DNA from: Tubiluchus corallicola
Taxonomy: Eukaryota; Animalia; Priapulida
DNA length: 64,000 bases
Direction: 5' to 3'
Assembly (NCBI GenBank): GCA_030141605.1
Contig: JAQGDQ010002367.1
Location: 806,001 to 870,000 of the forward strand
Shown here: one piece after another, positions 30,366 to 44,000 of the stretch
Position numbering within the stretch: the first letter of the stretch is position 1
How the letters are laid out: each line of letters starts with the position of its first letter
Position numbers and translations under genes: made by a program
Notes under the pieces: model-generated
What the model was told of the DNA's origin: nothing
Databases searched by the model: none
Seen by the model: only the letters and a program-made list of their open reading frames with translations

Positions 30366-30641
30366 GGTTGGTGTATGAGTTTCTCAGCTATTAATAAACA
30401 TCATTATTTTTAAAAATATCAGTAGTTACAATTAAATCTTTGATTTAGTAAAATTAACAGTGTATTATAATTATTCTTACATGTTCCATTTGATAAATAC
30501 ATGTAGGATATGAGTTTAGAGGACACTGGCACAGGCTGAATATCTCATTCATTAGCGAGTTATGAAACATTTCTAATGTTGCAAAAGCTGATTCATTTAC
30601 ACCACCCTCAGCTTTATATGTTTACTATCATGTTTGTAAAT

Positions 30642-30730
30642 CTGAGTGGTCATGGACTGTGCTTAGGAACTGCAGTTAAGTAATGCCAAACAAGGTCAGT
30701 AAATGGATGAGTGAGGCATAGCAAAACTGC
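30642..30730 (+). mobile_element. SINE remnant with 5S rRNA-like segment
   Basis: ctgagtggtcatggactgtgcttaggaactgcagttaagtaatgccaaacaaggtcagtaaatggatgagtgag resembles the 5S internal control region (..AGTTAAGC..GGTCAGTACTTGGATGGG) and matches the copy at 997-1096. Confidence 0.45.
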
Positions 30731-33190
30731 TTCTAGGCAAGTTATCTTATTGAGGGACAATGTGTACATTTGAAAGTGTAGGCACAATTATTGCTCTAGG
30801 GTCTCGTCAAACAGGAATATCCTGCAAAATGAGCTAGGTTTGGTTGATGCCGATTAGATACCATCTTACAGAGTACCAGACTGTATAACACCCCTGACCA
30901 TATATATTTATGTTTTGTTTAAATTTAAATGCAGAAAACACACTGTACCATTTGCATTTAGCATTTTTATATTTAAAACAATATGTATGACTAATGAGCC
31001 GAGGTGACGTTATACTGCTAGATGCAGGTTAAGTTTTCTCAAATTTTGTCCATTTGAGAGCTAGTGGCACTTTGGGAATGTTTTTAGTGGTGAAGTTTCA
31101 CTTGCACTGCATCCGCAAAGATGAAAGTGAAAAACTAACAAACAAATTTTGCTATGTAAGTTGACACACTACAATCTAGTAATTAATGCAGAACTGCCTA
31201 ACAATAATGGTTGTTGACAGAAAAAATAATACTAACGGCACTAAACGGCAGAGCCGTATCAACCCTAATTCAACAAAGGAAATAGCTGGGGTAATACTGC
31301 AGACCAAACTACACAAAACCAGTTTTTTGGGCAGCTTGCTTCATTCCACGGTAAGTTTGGGTTTGCTTAACTCCATAGCCAAGTGATTACTCGGTCTGTG
31401 ATTAGCCTTACCTCAAGTTGGCAGTTTACGAAACAAAAGTGGTGCATATTCACCATATGTTGTGCATTGCAATACATTAATTCATTAGACAACTTTGTGA
31501 ATGTAAACTGTTTTTAAAAATAACAGCTAAAGAGATTTGTCACAACAAATCAATTAGAAGATATCCTGATACCATAGCAATGTTTTCAACAGATGTATAA
31601 CTAACCAGGATTACAGTATTACTTATGTAAATGCGTCCCAGCACATGAAACACATTAAACTGAAGCCCTTGAACGCCACTAACACTAGGACAAATTTCAT
31701 GGCTTTATTGAAAACATGTGACATACAGTTTACGTTGCTACTCTTATTCACTGTTTAATTTTACTGTCAGTCCCATTCCTATGCAATTTTGCTTATGCTG
31801 CAGTAATTCATTTTCAAACTTATTTTGTTTATAAGCTTAAAATCTCTGTGATAGCATTTAATTTTTTTAAATCATAAAATTATACTTAAATCCTATCAAT
31901 TATAGTCAGATCATGTGAAAAAACATAATATCAAACATTTTGCAATAATAAATCAATTATCACGGACATGCAAATAATATTCAACAGTTAACATTGCCAC
32001 CAAAAACATTTTCCTCTCTGCTTATGGTGATATTACCAAAAAGTGCAATTACCTGCAGGAAACTGTAAATTAATGTAAATAATGATAATAATTTATACTT
32101 TATTTTTCGTATCACATCAAGTGATCTCAATGCACTAAAGTTACAATTAGAAAGTCTGTTACAACTTACAATTAAGCATTGACAATCATTATAAAATTAA
32201 TCATTCAAAAATCATAACATTATACTAATTGTAAACAGTGCTATAAGACTATAAGATTGATTTTAAAAGCCACCACAAAGTAAAAAATCAGAGATGAAAA
32301 ACATTAAAATCATCTAGAGCTTAAAAAATGAATGACGCAGCCAACCAGGTGCAACTACGCAAACGTTATTAATATTTTTATTGTTTGCAGACCTACAAGT
32401 TACTAAAACATTCCTAAAGGTGGTACTGAATTCTTCAAATCCATCTGACCTCTATAGACAACTGCATCTGCTCTGCCTGCTGCTTTCCTATTGATAACAT
32501 GAACGACCAACAATATTTTTATGCACTCATGTTCTAGTTACGGAATGAAATCACTCCATAGTAAAAGATACGTAATTTTGATTAAGAAACTCTACAAACT
32601 GATCTACAGATGTTTTGGCCATTTTATCATGATTTTCAAATCTCTCAAAAATAGCAAAAAAGGTGGTGCAGTGTGCCACAATTACAGGATCTTTTATTAC
32701 AGGCTTTCTTCAGTTCCAATTGAACTTATAAATCCGGATATACAACTTAATTATGTGATGGTAAGAAACACAGTAAGATTAAACATGACTGAAGCAATTA
32801 GTAATTTCAAACATTTATTTGAACCATAATGTATACAGATGCTTTTTCAACTGACATTTCCACCTGTAGATGGCAGAACTATGTCGTACTATAATTAAAC
32901 AATCACACTGTAACAGTGGCGAAAAACAAATGACTTTGAAATATTGAACTCTAACAATCTAAACTGAAACTTACATGGTAACAAGCGAAGACTCTTTTCA
33001 TGAATGCCAACACTCTAACCTGGGGCCAGTGTACTTTAAAATTGTGAAAGATGTTGTAGTACCTCATTATACTAAATTTTTTAAGCTACCTTCTGTGTTA
33101 GCACATATATATTAATATGTATAACAAAAATATTAGTGCCAATTTAAGTTTTACAAAATTGAAAGGATGAATAACCAGGATATTAGCTGA

Positions 33191-33918
33191 GAAAAATGTA
33201 ATGCCCTTTATAATCTCAAAGATTATAATATTTATTCAGTAACTTTTGCTCTAGCAGTCCTCATCAGCTGAAAATAACAGATAAAATGTTAAAACGTATG
33301 TACCAACGTAAGAACATTAAAAAAACAAATTTCAGCTAAATATCACTGGTTTGAAATATAATAAGTCGGAGAAAGAATATAAATGACTGCACAAGAAGAA
33401 AAAATATAACTAGATATACAATTGGTTTCACCAGAATAAAATTAAATAAAGTAAGCAAAAATAATAAATTAACATACCTGAATAGAAAGTGCTGGTAACT
33501 TGAAAGTGAGTTTTACAAAATTTGACACTTTATAAAAGCTCAGTAAACATAAGTGCCTGTGGTGTGTTACAGTGAGACACTAATGTTTGCTGAGCGTTTA
33601 TGAACTGTCAAATTTTGTAAACTTAACTCTCAAGCTGCCAGCTCTCTATTCAGGTATGTTAATTTATTCTTTTTGCTTTCTTTATTTAATTTTATCCCGG
33701 CAAAACCAATTGTATTGTTCTGTTTTCCTTCTTATGAAGTCATTTATACTCTTTCTCTAACTTGTTATATTTCAAACCAATGATGTTTAGCTACAATTTT
33801 GAATTTTTTTAATGTTCTTACATTGGTACATACTGTTTTAAAATTTTATCTGTTAGGGCAAAAGCTACTAAATAAATATTATAATCTTTGAGACTATACA
33901 GGGCACTACGTTTTTTTC
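33191..33918. mobile_element. Long imperfect palindrome (arms ~350 bp, loop ~20 bp): foldback/MITE or Penelope-like inverted repeat
   Basis: Left arm 33191-33556 is the reverse complement of right arm 33577-33918, e.g. aataaattaacatacctgaataga / tctattcaggtatgttaatttatt and tctcaaagattataatatttatt / aataaatattataatctttgaga. Confidence 0.85.
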
Positions 33919-35221
33919 TGTTAATGATGACAAGTCTCAGGAGAGCTCTCTCGTATTTCAAGGATATTATCTTATTAATTACCATGATAATGACATCTAA
34001 CCTAAAGTAAGTATTAGTATGTTTTTAATTGATTCTTGTGAAAATATAGGGACCTGCAAATTGAATCATCATTAAAAGTTTGTCACTAGGGAGCACTCAT
34101 CATGTCTGCCACAAAATTATTTATTAAGAAACAATAACTCTAAATAAATTTATATCTCGTGTATAAGTGCGTGTAACTTTTGTAACCTCAAATAAGTAGT
34201 ATAATTGATAAACTTATTGTTATTACAATTAACCATGTCACGATATAGTACGGTATTTTATTGTGCTAGTACAGCACAATTAAATTTTGTAGATATGGTA
34301 CGGTATTCTTTCACACTGTACCATGCTACCAGCCCTATGCACAGTTCCACTCAATTTTTTGATCTTGCACGGTTTTTAATAAAATACATATTGTAATGTT
34401 GGCACCAGTAAAGTGACAGAAGAGAGATTTAAGAAGAAAAACTTGCCAGACATCTATTTGTGTTTCATTCTGCATGTACGGAACAAGTGCTGAGATGTTG
34501 TATGTGCCTATCCGCCTACCTGCTTAACCATAGAATCATTGCATCCCAGCCTATTTGCTTAAGCAATGGACAGACCTACTATAAAGTAGAGGGTGGGGGT
34601 GAAAATAAATAGCATTTCGTTGCCGTTAATATTAATAAACGATAAAAAATATAACTTCTGTCAGAATACTGTGCCTATGTCAAATTATATTTCTGGAATA
34701 GCCTTTTGCATCAGACCTTACTGAAACTGTTGACTATATAACAACACCATAATTGCAAACTGTTTATTGCACCTGACAAGTATGGCTTATTATAACTGTG
34801 TCTTACAACATAATATTATGTAAATTTATACTTCTTATGGCATATAGAATTTCCGATAAAAAATAACAAATACACAAAATTTAAACATTCAACAAAGTAA
34901 AAACTAGAGTTAAGCATAACAGCTTATGGTCATCTCCACTCTTCCTTGATTACTTTATTAAGAATAAAGAAAATAGATGGCGACACTGTGATCATGAAGT
35001 GTGGCACAAGACTTCCTGTTGCCATTGTGGCAACCTAGGGTCTACATAAGTAAGTCTAAATACCAGTAAAAATATTTATATATTTATCACCTTTTGAACA
35101 AATTAACTGACATTGGCCAGACATTCTTCCTAAAGTTGCTTTAGTAAATCTCTAATAGGCCTACCTCGTTGATTTTTTATAGTTCGTTAACTCCAATGCT
35201 TATATATTTTGTTGCTTGGTA

Positions 35222-36912
35222 CTATTAGATGGCCCTCTGGCAGTCATTCGTACAGATGCAGCTTAAGGTTTTAAGAGCCTGATTGGTGATCCGTTGCTAG
35301 AAAAATGTGGAATGTCAATCGAGATGGGAAGAGTGAAAAATCCAAACAAAAACCCCGTAGGTGAACATGCAATCCAAGAACTACAGGCTGAACTCCTAAA
35401 TGTTCAGCCTGAAGGTGGTCCTATTTCTCAGGTGGACTTGATTATTGCACTCAATCATCTCAATGCTTGAATCAGAACACGAGGACTGTCTGCTTGGGAG
35501 ATGTGGTTTCAGCATGACCAATTCATTGGTGTTCAACACCAACAAAGACTAGCCAACCATCCTGCTAATGAAAAGTCGAAGGCGCCGCTCCGTGACTACA
35601 AATACCCTGAGGATGAACAAGTTGGCGATATAGTGTACTTATACCAGGATCGTGACAAGTCCTTTGCCCAGAAGTGCTATCTCATCACTTCAGAGGACAC
35701 AGATTGGGTTAACATAAAGCGCTTTACTGGGTCACAGCTCTGCAACCAGTCTTATAGAGCAAACAAGTCAGAATGTTACAAGGTGCCTTGTTACTCACTC
35801 CCTAGCCATGAGCATAATCACACAATTAGTGCAATACGAGACAGTACAGATGATGAAGAGGGGCACTCAGACATCAGTCACATCTCGCCTATATCCATCC
35901 ACACCTGATGTCCCTATATTGACACAGCCATCCCTACAGAAATCAATACTCCACCCACGAGTTTTGAAATTTTGAAAATGTAGCTCCTTTCGGTGAAGAG
36001 ACCAACTGATTAGTGCCACAGCCAGTTACATCACGACTCGTAAGAACATGCACGATGCCCTCAAAGGCGTCTCAGGCCCCCAACTTACCTGAAAAACTAT
36101 GTCACTGAGTATTGAGCATTTTGATACGTTTCTACTTTTGTGCTTACTTGTTCTAAAGGACACGTACATATATGCACATGTATTTAACCTTCTTTTGCTA
36201 GCTGTTAGAGAAGTTCCATTGTTCTAGTTGCCTTGTATATACATCCATTTATTGTCACTAACTAATCCGTTTAGTGCCTTTATCACAGAATTTGTTTTGT
36301 ACCAGTTTGTTCAGTGTAACCTGCACTGAAGTTCAGGTTTTGTGCATCTTTACTCTTACTTTAGTTTAGCAGTGGTTTAAATGTAATATGTGTTCTCCGG
36401 TCAGAGATGACTACTGTGGCGTAATTCCATTTAATTTTCTTGGCATATCTTATCTTACTTACTTATCATATTGTGATTATCGTACTGTTGGTTCAATTGC
36501 AACATTTTTCTTACAGTTAAATTATTTTGTTACAACTTAGACACCTACATTTATTTGGTAAAAGTATTGTGCAGCATCTTTACTTAGGCTTTAGAGTATG
36601 GCTGTTTATCCTATGTTACTCATCGTTAGGACTGGAAGCAGTTACCACTTGGAGTGTTACTTAAGTGTTACCTGAGAGAAAAGAGAAGAGGTTACGCCAA
36701 TGTTATTGGTTGTGTGCAGTGCAGAATGTACGGAGATGATGATGACGAATGAGAGTTAGGTAGTGCGTCTTGGTGGAGGGGATCATCTCGACGATGGCGG
36801 TCTAATTAACTATAAACCTTTTACTATAACCTAGTATTTTCTTGTCGAGTTCATTTAAAATAAACCGCATTTTTGCTGTTGGAATTTGCTGTTTCCCTTT
36901 TATTGGCGTACA
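35222..36912 (+). mobile_element. 5'-truncated Gypsy-like LTR retrotransposon: integrase pseudogene, polypurine tract and 3' LTR
   Basis: Integrase core DGPLAVIRTDAA*GF..GRVKNPNKNPVGEHAIQELQ..GGPIS..LN.*IRTRGLS.WEMW with in-frame stops; C-terminal RRLRPPTYLKNYV; PPT gagagaaaagagaagagg at 36674-36691; LTR ~36692-36912 with inverted ends TACGCCAAT/ATTGGCGTACA, TATAAA at 36811 and AATAAA at 36859. Confidence 0.85.
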
Positions 36913-37370
36913 AATTTTTACTTTTTACAAGGGCTCAAAAATGATATAAACCTATCCAAAAATTTCCAGTACACCCCCGCTGTAACTCACTCATTACATG
37001 TGGATAATTAATAGTCCGAGTAATAAATCACAGACGCAAAAAATCTTGAACGTTACCTTTAGTGGTACAAATCAGCAGAAACCTGTAAACTTTCAGAAAA
37101 CTACAAAAAGCGTAAACACCGTGCCTGGTAATTGACCCTCTAGATAGGTTTCCCCTTTTGATTTTAGTGATAATCTCGGACGAAAAGAGTCTAACGCCCA
37201 TCTAACAGATTTGCTGCCACAAAAACAGAAATAAACTGAAACTCTTGTTAAGAAGACTTGATATCTTTGCCCCAGACCCTCATCGACTTCTTTCAGCTCA
37301 AAAATTATTTTTTAATGAAACAAATTTCCACACACTATAACTATAATGTGTAGAGCGCTTTGAAAAAGTA

Positions 37371-37582
37371 ACTTTATAATAATGATGGATAGTCCTTGAC
37401 AATTTACAAATGTATTTTTCACAATAATGTCATCACTATTAATCAATCTGTTAACATCATTATAACTATGTAGGGCACATAGCTCGCTAGCTTGTTTACT
37501 TTATAGAAAACAATTATTTGTCCAAGAGGTGGTGAAACGGATCACATGTTCTGTGAAACGAGACAAAATAAAAAATGATATA
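37371..37582 (+). repeat. Internal fragment of the same family as the 41218-42179 element
   Basis: Shares actttataataatgatggat and gtgaaacggatcac..cgagacaaaataaaaaatgatata with 41386-41821. Confidence 0.75.
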
Positions 37583-37676
37583 TCCTTCTCCGCTCCCAAC
37601 AAATATAAAGATATTTGACATTTAGTATGCTCAGTAGTGGTGAACATCGAAAGGTTTTTATTAAAAATAGGTAATG

Positions 37677-37713
<37 letters not shown>

Positions 37714-38329
37714 TAAAAGCAATTGGTAGTGTTAAACTGTAATTGGTAGCAACTATACGCATTCCAGTTTTGAAACTATATAACCTCATGCTGCTTATGA
37801 TATTCCAGAATCCAGATGTTTCTAGCATTTTTCGGTAATAATGAGAGTCAATTAACAGGTTTTGTCAATATGAGAAAGCTGAAATTGGTACTCTAATGAT
37901 CTTAGGTACTAGAAACTGGTATATACAGTCAAATAAAATTCAAACTCTCTTTCTATTGTGATTTAAATGACCTAATTATTTTGTGTTGTGACACATCTCA
38001 ACTGCTAGACTTCCATATTACCATGAAAAGTAATTGGTGTTACTTAACAGTGTCTATGAATTTGTTGAACAATAAGTCTTCATGCGACTTGCATAAAAAA
38101 TTTAATACATGTTAATTTGAACTAACCACTATGGACAAATTGTTAACTGTGCATCATTCAGTAAGAGTAATTAAGTCTAAGTTACTTACAATTCTAAGTT
38201 AACTGGTATCAATGGTAAATTGTTACTAGTAATTTAGCTGTAACATAACGCATAACTACATTTTTCTAATTAGATAAAATTATAATTACTCGACCTGTTT
38301 GTGTCGCAGTTGACATGAGAACTATATTC

Positions 38330-40090
38330 TTCAAATGGCAAAAAAGTTGTCTATGTTAAAAAATACACTTGCACAGAGAAAAGGAATACGGCCTGATCTG
38401 ACTCCAATGCAATGAAAGAAAACAAAAAACCGTTGGCAAAATTAAAAACGAAGAGAAAAGAAACAGTTCAAGCAGGGTAAGAAGACTGGTGGTCGATCAA
38501 AAGAGGAACATCGAAACTAGACAGCACCATGCATGGATCTACGAACAGCTCCAAAAGTGACCTGGACCGATTTGGTGGAAAGGCAATAAACGTAGTAGAT
38601 GGTGGAACAAAGCTTACTAGCAAAAACTGTCAAGTTAAAGACTTTTTGTTACTAAATACTTATTTTGTTCTTAAGAATCTTTTACAAAATATGTATATAA
38701 TGTATATAATTTTGAAAGTCTCTTAAGCAAATATGATGAACTTCTAGTGCGTGTTGAGGAAGTTAAGGCTAATATTATTTTTGGTACAGATACTTGTTGA
38801 ATTGATCAGACTAGTGATGGCCTTATAAATGTTGACAGCTATATTCCTGTAAGAAAAAGTACAAATGAAATATATGGTAGGGTAATGCTCTACATTAAAA
38901 GCAGCAAAAAATTTCTAGATGGCTCTGAGTTAAATCTGAGGATGCTTTGTGTGCATATATGGATAAAAAGTGAAAATGTTAAAATGCCTTTTTGAGGTAA
39001 TTTATCATAAGGGGGCCAGCCCTCTTGAACTCCATATGAAATTGCCTGAGCAGATTCGAAAAGCTGTCGAACTTATAGCAGTGGTAAAATATTATTTGCA
39101 GATGATTTTAATTTACCAGATATAGACTGGAATAACTACATATAATATTATATCAGTATAGCGTCAAAGTCGATACAGAGACAATGATTTGAGAATTTAT
39201 TTGTTCAGCATATTCTATGACAAGATTAATGATTTATTTCTTATTCAGCATGTGTCTCAGCCAACCATCCTGCCAGAGAGGAAGAGACAATCTGAATTGT
39301 TTTGATTAAGTTATTTCAGTTAATGAAAATAATGTTTTTAACCTGGATACAGTTTCACAAAGCTGTCACTAACTTAACGACGACGTTGTTAATAGTTACC
39401 TGAATGCAATAACGACGTAATTAACTTAGAGACAGCTTTGTGAAACCGGGCCCTGTATATATTACCAGTCCCCTGGGCAAAGCTAAAATAATAATTATTT
39501 TAACCTGGGGATTTTTAACAAGTGTTGAACAATGTGTATCAGCTGACCAATGTAGGTATTATGATAACAACAAGGTTGATTCTGTAAAATGCGTAACTTG
39601 CTATCACAAGCTGATTTGACAGAACTTATCAATGGAACTGATATTGAAAACGTATGGGAAGCATTTTCTGGAATTAGAAAACAAATTGTAAAATTGTGTG
39701 CGCTAAAATTAAAAGTTACAAATAAGGGAAAAGTAAACCCACCCTAGTTTAGTCATAGAGCTAGATGAGTAGTAAGAAAAAAGTATTTTGCTTTTCAAAG
39801 GTATCGTGAATCAAGGTCCCACAGATGCTACATGGAATACGTTAAAAAGGGGAACGGCGCCGTCATTTAATAAAAGTTGACCATGAAAAAGAACTTTACA
39901 AAAAAGTCAAAAAGAATCCAGAAGCATGCAATATGTAAATAGCAGAAACAAGATTCGCTCACCCATTTCTAGGCTGAAAAAATGTTAAGAAATTATTGCT
40001 TAAAATTAATGTAAACAAGGTTGCAGGTCCTGATAATGCAAATCCTAGAATATTAAAAGAGGCAACTGAATTTGTGCATTTCCCGCTGTT
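38330..40090 (+). mobile_element. Decayed CR1/L2-group LINE (ORF1 end, AP endonuclease, linker up to the RT start)
   Basis: Fragments IRPDLTP (ORF1 end), SKYDELLVRVEE, GRVMLYIK, DDFNLPDIDW, LFLIQHVSQPT and LKINVNKVAGPDNANPRILKE, with many frameshifts and stops. Confidence 0.8.
39343..39455. mobile_element. Small palindromic MITE nested in the LINE relic
   Basis: Inverted repeats gtttcacaaagctgtc (39352-39367) and gacagctttgtgaaac (39431-39446); right end CCGGGCCCTG. Confidence 0.7.
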
Positions 40091-41085
40091 TGAAGAAATT
40101 TTGAACTCAGATGTATTAATGAACAGTGAAAAGGAAGGATTGCTAGAAATTAGAAATCTAGTGAACGAATGTATGGAATACAGGATAAAGACAAATAAAG
40201 ATATTAAACTTGGAAAAGACAAATAAAAGATCAGCGTTAAAGAAGAAAAGACTTTGCACCCTATAAAGGTGCCCGCCTCTGATAGGTGGAGAGAGTCGAG
40301 TATCGCAATCGCAATTATGGTTTTGTACAGAAACTTGCAAGTTGCACTACCTTAGTCATTGATATTGCTTATTTACATTAAATAATTGTTTGCAATCTTT
40401 GCGCAAATGTTTGTTTACATTAACGTTTTTTTCAATTAAGACGCCTTATGGGGTGCAGTAATCTTAGAAGTATAGGTATAGCTTGCCTTGGGCCCTGGAG
40501 TAATTTTTTGAAGAGTTCGTCTATTACTTATGTCGATCAATTATTCGTCCCGCATGCACATTCTCAGAAAATGCAATTATCCGTTATGCTTTTTGTCATA
40601 GGGGACATTTGTCATTTTGACTACTTCGGGCATTGTTTAGAAGTAGAACAAAGTCTTTTTGCAGTGCTCTAGCTGTTTTGAGGAAGGTAGTAATGTTGGC
40701 CTGATTAACAGCTGTATGTTCTTCTAGTCAATGCAGATCTTTTCTATTAAATAGTAAGTATTTATATTGACATTTTTGGTAGGCTACCGGTATAGTTTTA
40801 ACTCCCCTGCCGTTGATCGGACTACCGGAGAAGGCTGCCCGGTCTTCCAAAATGGTCGACCTTTCGGATAAATCCAAAATAGATGGGCATCAAGCAAAAG
40901 GCAAAAAGATGTGCGACTGGGAAAAGTTGATCCGACGTGTGCGACCTATCAGAAGCTATTATGTACCACACGAATGGCAGTGTTTATTATAGCACATAAT
41001 TGTACCGGACTACCTGTAATTGATAAAATGTTATTTTTAAAGAAAATCAAATTTGTTTCAGGGTTGACAGACAAACAGCATAATA

Positions 41086-44000
41086 ATGGAAGGAGATGTT
41101 AAAGCGCATCCTGTCTTTAAGGAACTTAGTGCAGACCAGGAAGATACTGGAATTTCTGAGATTGAGAGCCTTTGCGTGAACTGTGAAGAAAACGTAATAT
41201 GTTTGGTCACAAGTTAGTGTAGGGCGCCGAGTAACCCATTAGCCGAAGTAGGACACTTCCGGTAAAGTGCATGTGCTAAATTTGCAGAAAAGTAGTGTCG
41301 TACATGGGCAGCCCAAGTAAAGCACTGGTGATTTTTGTCAAGAATCAATAATTATGATGACATAATTTCTTTTACAGAAAAATTAACTTTATAATAATGA
41401 TGGATGACTATTTACAAAATTAACGTGTTTTTTACAATAGTATCATCAATAGTATTATTAGCTCCATTAAAATCATCATATTAAACTAAAGTATCTAATG
41501 CTTATAATGCTTTAAAGAGAGAAACAGTACTATGCACACATTTATTACAGAAATAATTGCAAGTTTAAAAATTAGAGAGATGCTGCTAAGCCTTCACAAC
41601 ACCAAAAGGTAATTGTTAACTTTTTAGAAATAGCAAAGACAATTAGTTTTAATAATATCAATAATATTGTAACATGCAGGGAACTGTCTTACATGGCTTG
41701 CTAGCCCATGTAAGGCACCTAGGTCGCTAGAACATTTACTTATTAGAAAACACTTATTTGTCCAACAAGTAGTGAAACGGATCACCTGTCTGTGCAGCGA
41801 GACAAAATAAAAAATGATATACCTTAAACAAATGTCGAAATCGCCTAAAAAGTGGTTTTATTTCACTTCAACAATATTAATATCGAAGCCAAACTTAATA
41901 TTGTCCGTTCAACCAGCTCAGAATAAAATTCTTTTATTTCATCAGATGTATAATAAATTATTCGACGTGTATTGACGTTTTTAATTATTATTATTATTAC
42001 ATAAACAAGACAACGGACGCTTAACAACTCAATTCGCGACCTATCGCTAGTGTCCTACTTGGGCAGCCCATGTACGACACGGCCTACTTGGGCTAACCCG
42101 TGTACGACGCATCCTACTTGGGCTAGTCCATGTAGGCCAATTGTCCTACTTCGGCTAGTGGGTTACTCGGCGCCCAACAGTTAGAAATCTTTGTATTGGT
42201 TTATCATGAAGAGGTTCAAACTAATTAGAACATGTGGTTGTTTTACAAGTTCAACCTTGCTTGTTAAATACATCAATTTGTAATTGCTAATCTTTGAGAT
42301 TATCTTCAAAATTATCTTGTACATTGCAGGGTGTCACTCGTCTTCTTTTGACTCGAATACCGCATTTTAAAGACGTGATTGTTAGTTCGTTTTCCTGTCC
42401 TCATTGTGGTTATTCAAACAATGAGATTCAGTCAGGTGGCAGGATACAAGACTATGGAATTCGGATCACAGTTAATATTCAGAATGAAAAGGTTTTGCTA
42501 AAACATTATGATTATCAATTAGTCAGTAAAATTTAATTGCTTTGCCATTTTTGTTTTGAGTATTTAAATTCTTCCTCTAGGATTTGTTTGATTTTTAACA
42601 AAAAAAAACCTTGTGTGCAGATTTTATATTAATGAAATACATAAGCTTTTAATAACTTATTTGGAATCTCATTGAAATACTAACAAACAAAACATTGTTA
42701 TATTATACAACATAACATAACAAAATAACATGATATATAAAATAGTGATGTATACGTAAAAACACGATGCATCATATTTTTAAACATGTATTTTTATCTG
42801 GTGTCATTTTTCTTTAATTTCTAAACTAAGCTGTAGTTCTTTTTTGGCAAGATGTCAAGTTTAAATTCTAATAGAAAATATTGCATGAGCTCTTTAATTT
42901 TTTTATATTGACTTCTGATGCTTTGTCTTTACATTTTCTATTATAGGACTTAAATCGCCAAATTGTGAGGACCGATTATTGTACTGTTCAAATACCTGAA
43001 ATTTCTTTTGAGATACCTCCAAATACTCAAAAAGGCGGTTAGTATTTCAAAACAGTTTTAACAACAAAATACCTGCAACAGCACCAAAAATATTGTCCCT
43101 TCATTGTATGGTAGCATTCGAGTAGAAATTAATTTGGATATTCCACATTGTATCAGGAAAGAAGTATGTAAACTTTATTGCTGCTCTAAATACATAATTT
43201 GATAATAATGCAATTGGTATTAATAATGAAAGGCCTGAAACTGTAAAATACAAATGAAAAATAGAGGACTGCCACTTAGACCTGATAGCTTTAGTAAAAT
43301 TAAATAGGCCTAGAGTCTCTTAATAAAATGCAACATCTATTTTGTTGTGGATGGCATGAAGATAATGCTGAAATGGCCAACTGATTTCTATTCGAGTGAT
43401 AATGTACAATTAATGGATCATGCTTTTCGGTGGCTGTTATACCTTTTTTATCTATAAGTTAGAATTTCCAATTGACAGAGTTTTAGAAAAGTACTGTTTT
43501 TATCATAGCAAGGGTTTGGCCACCCTGTGCTATAGCCAAATTGACTGCCTCCTTCCTTAAATGTAATATGCGTTCGGCCGCTACATACACACGTATATGA
43601 AAGATATTTAATCATGTAAACCAAAATTTGCAATCAAATCAGGAAGACCACGGAGCACCAATTCCACGAGAAATGCTGAGAGTTAGTTGTAGAGGAACAT
43701 GGCTGCGCCTGAAACAATGATGTTATAATAATTATTGTGTTTTACGTTTCAAATTAAAAATATGCCTTTATATGACTGCAATATAAAATTTGAGGCCGGG
43801 TGTGGTATAAAAATAAATTGCCCCAGGCAACTAGATGGCAACAGAAATATTTTTATTGCTGGCCTTATTAGCAGAAAGTATTGGCCGCCCTGTACGGCCC
43901 GCACACCACTGTCCGCGTTATGCCACTGTGTCATAATGACTGTACAAAATACATGCTGTTCCTTGAAAACAAGGAATCAAAAACAATAAATTTTTGTTGC

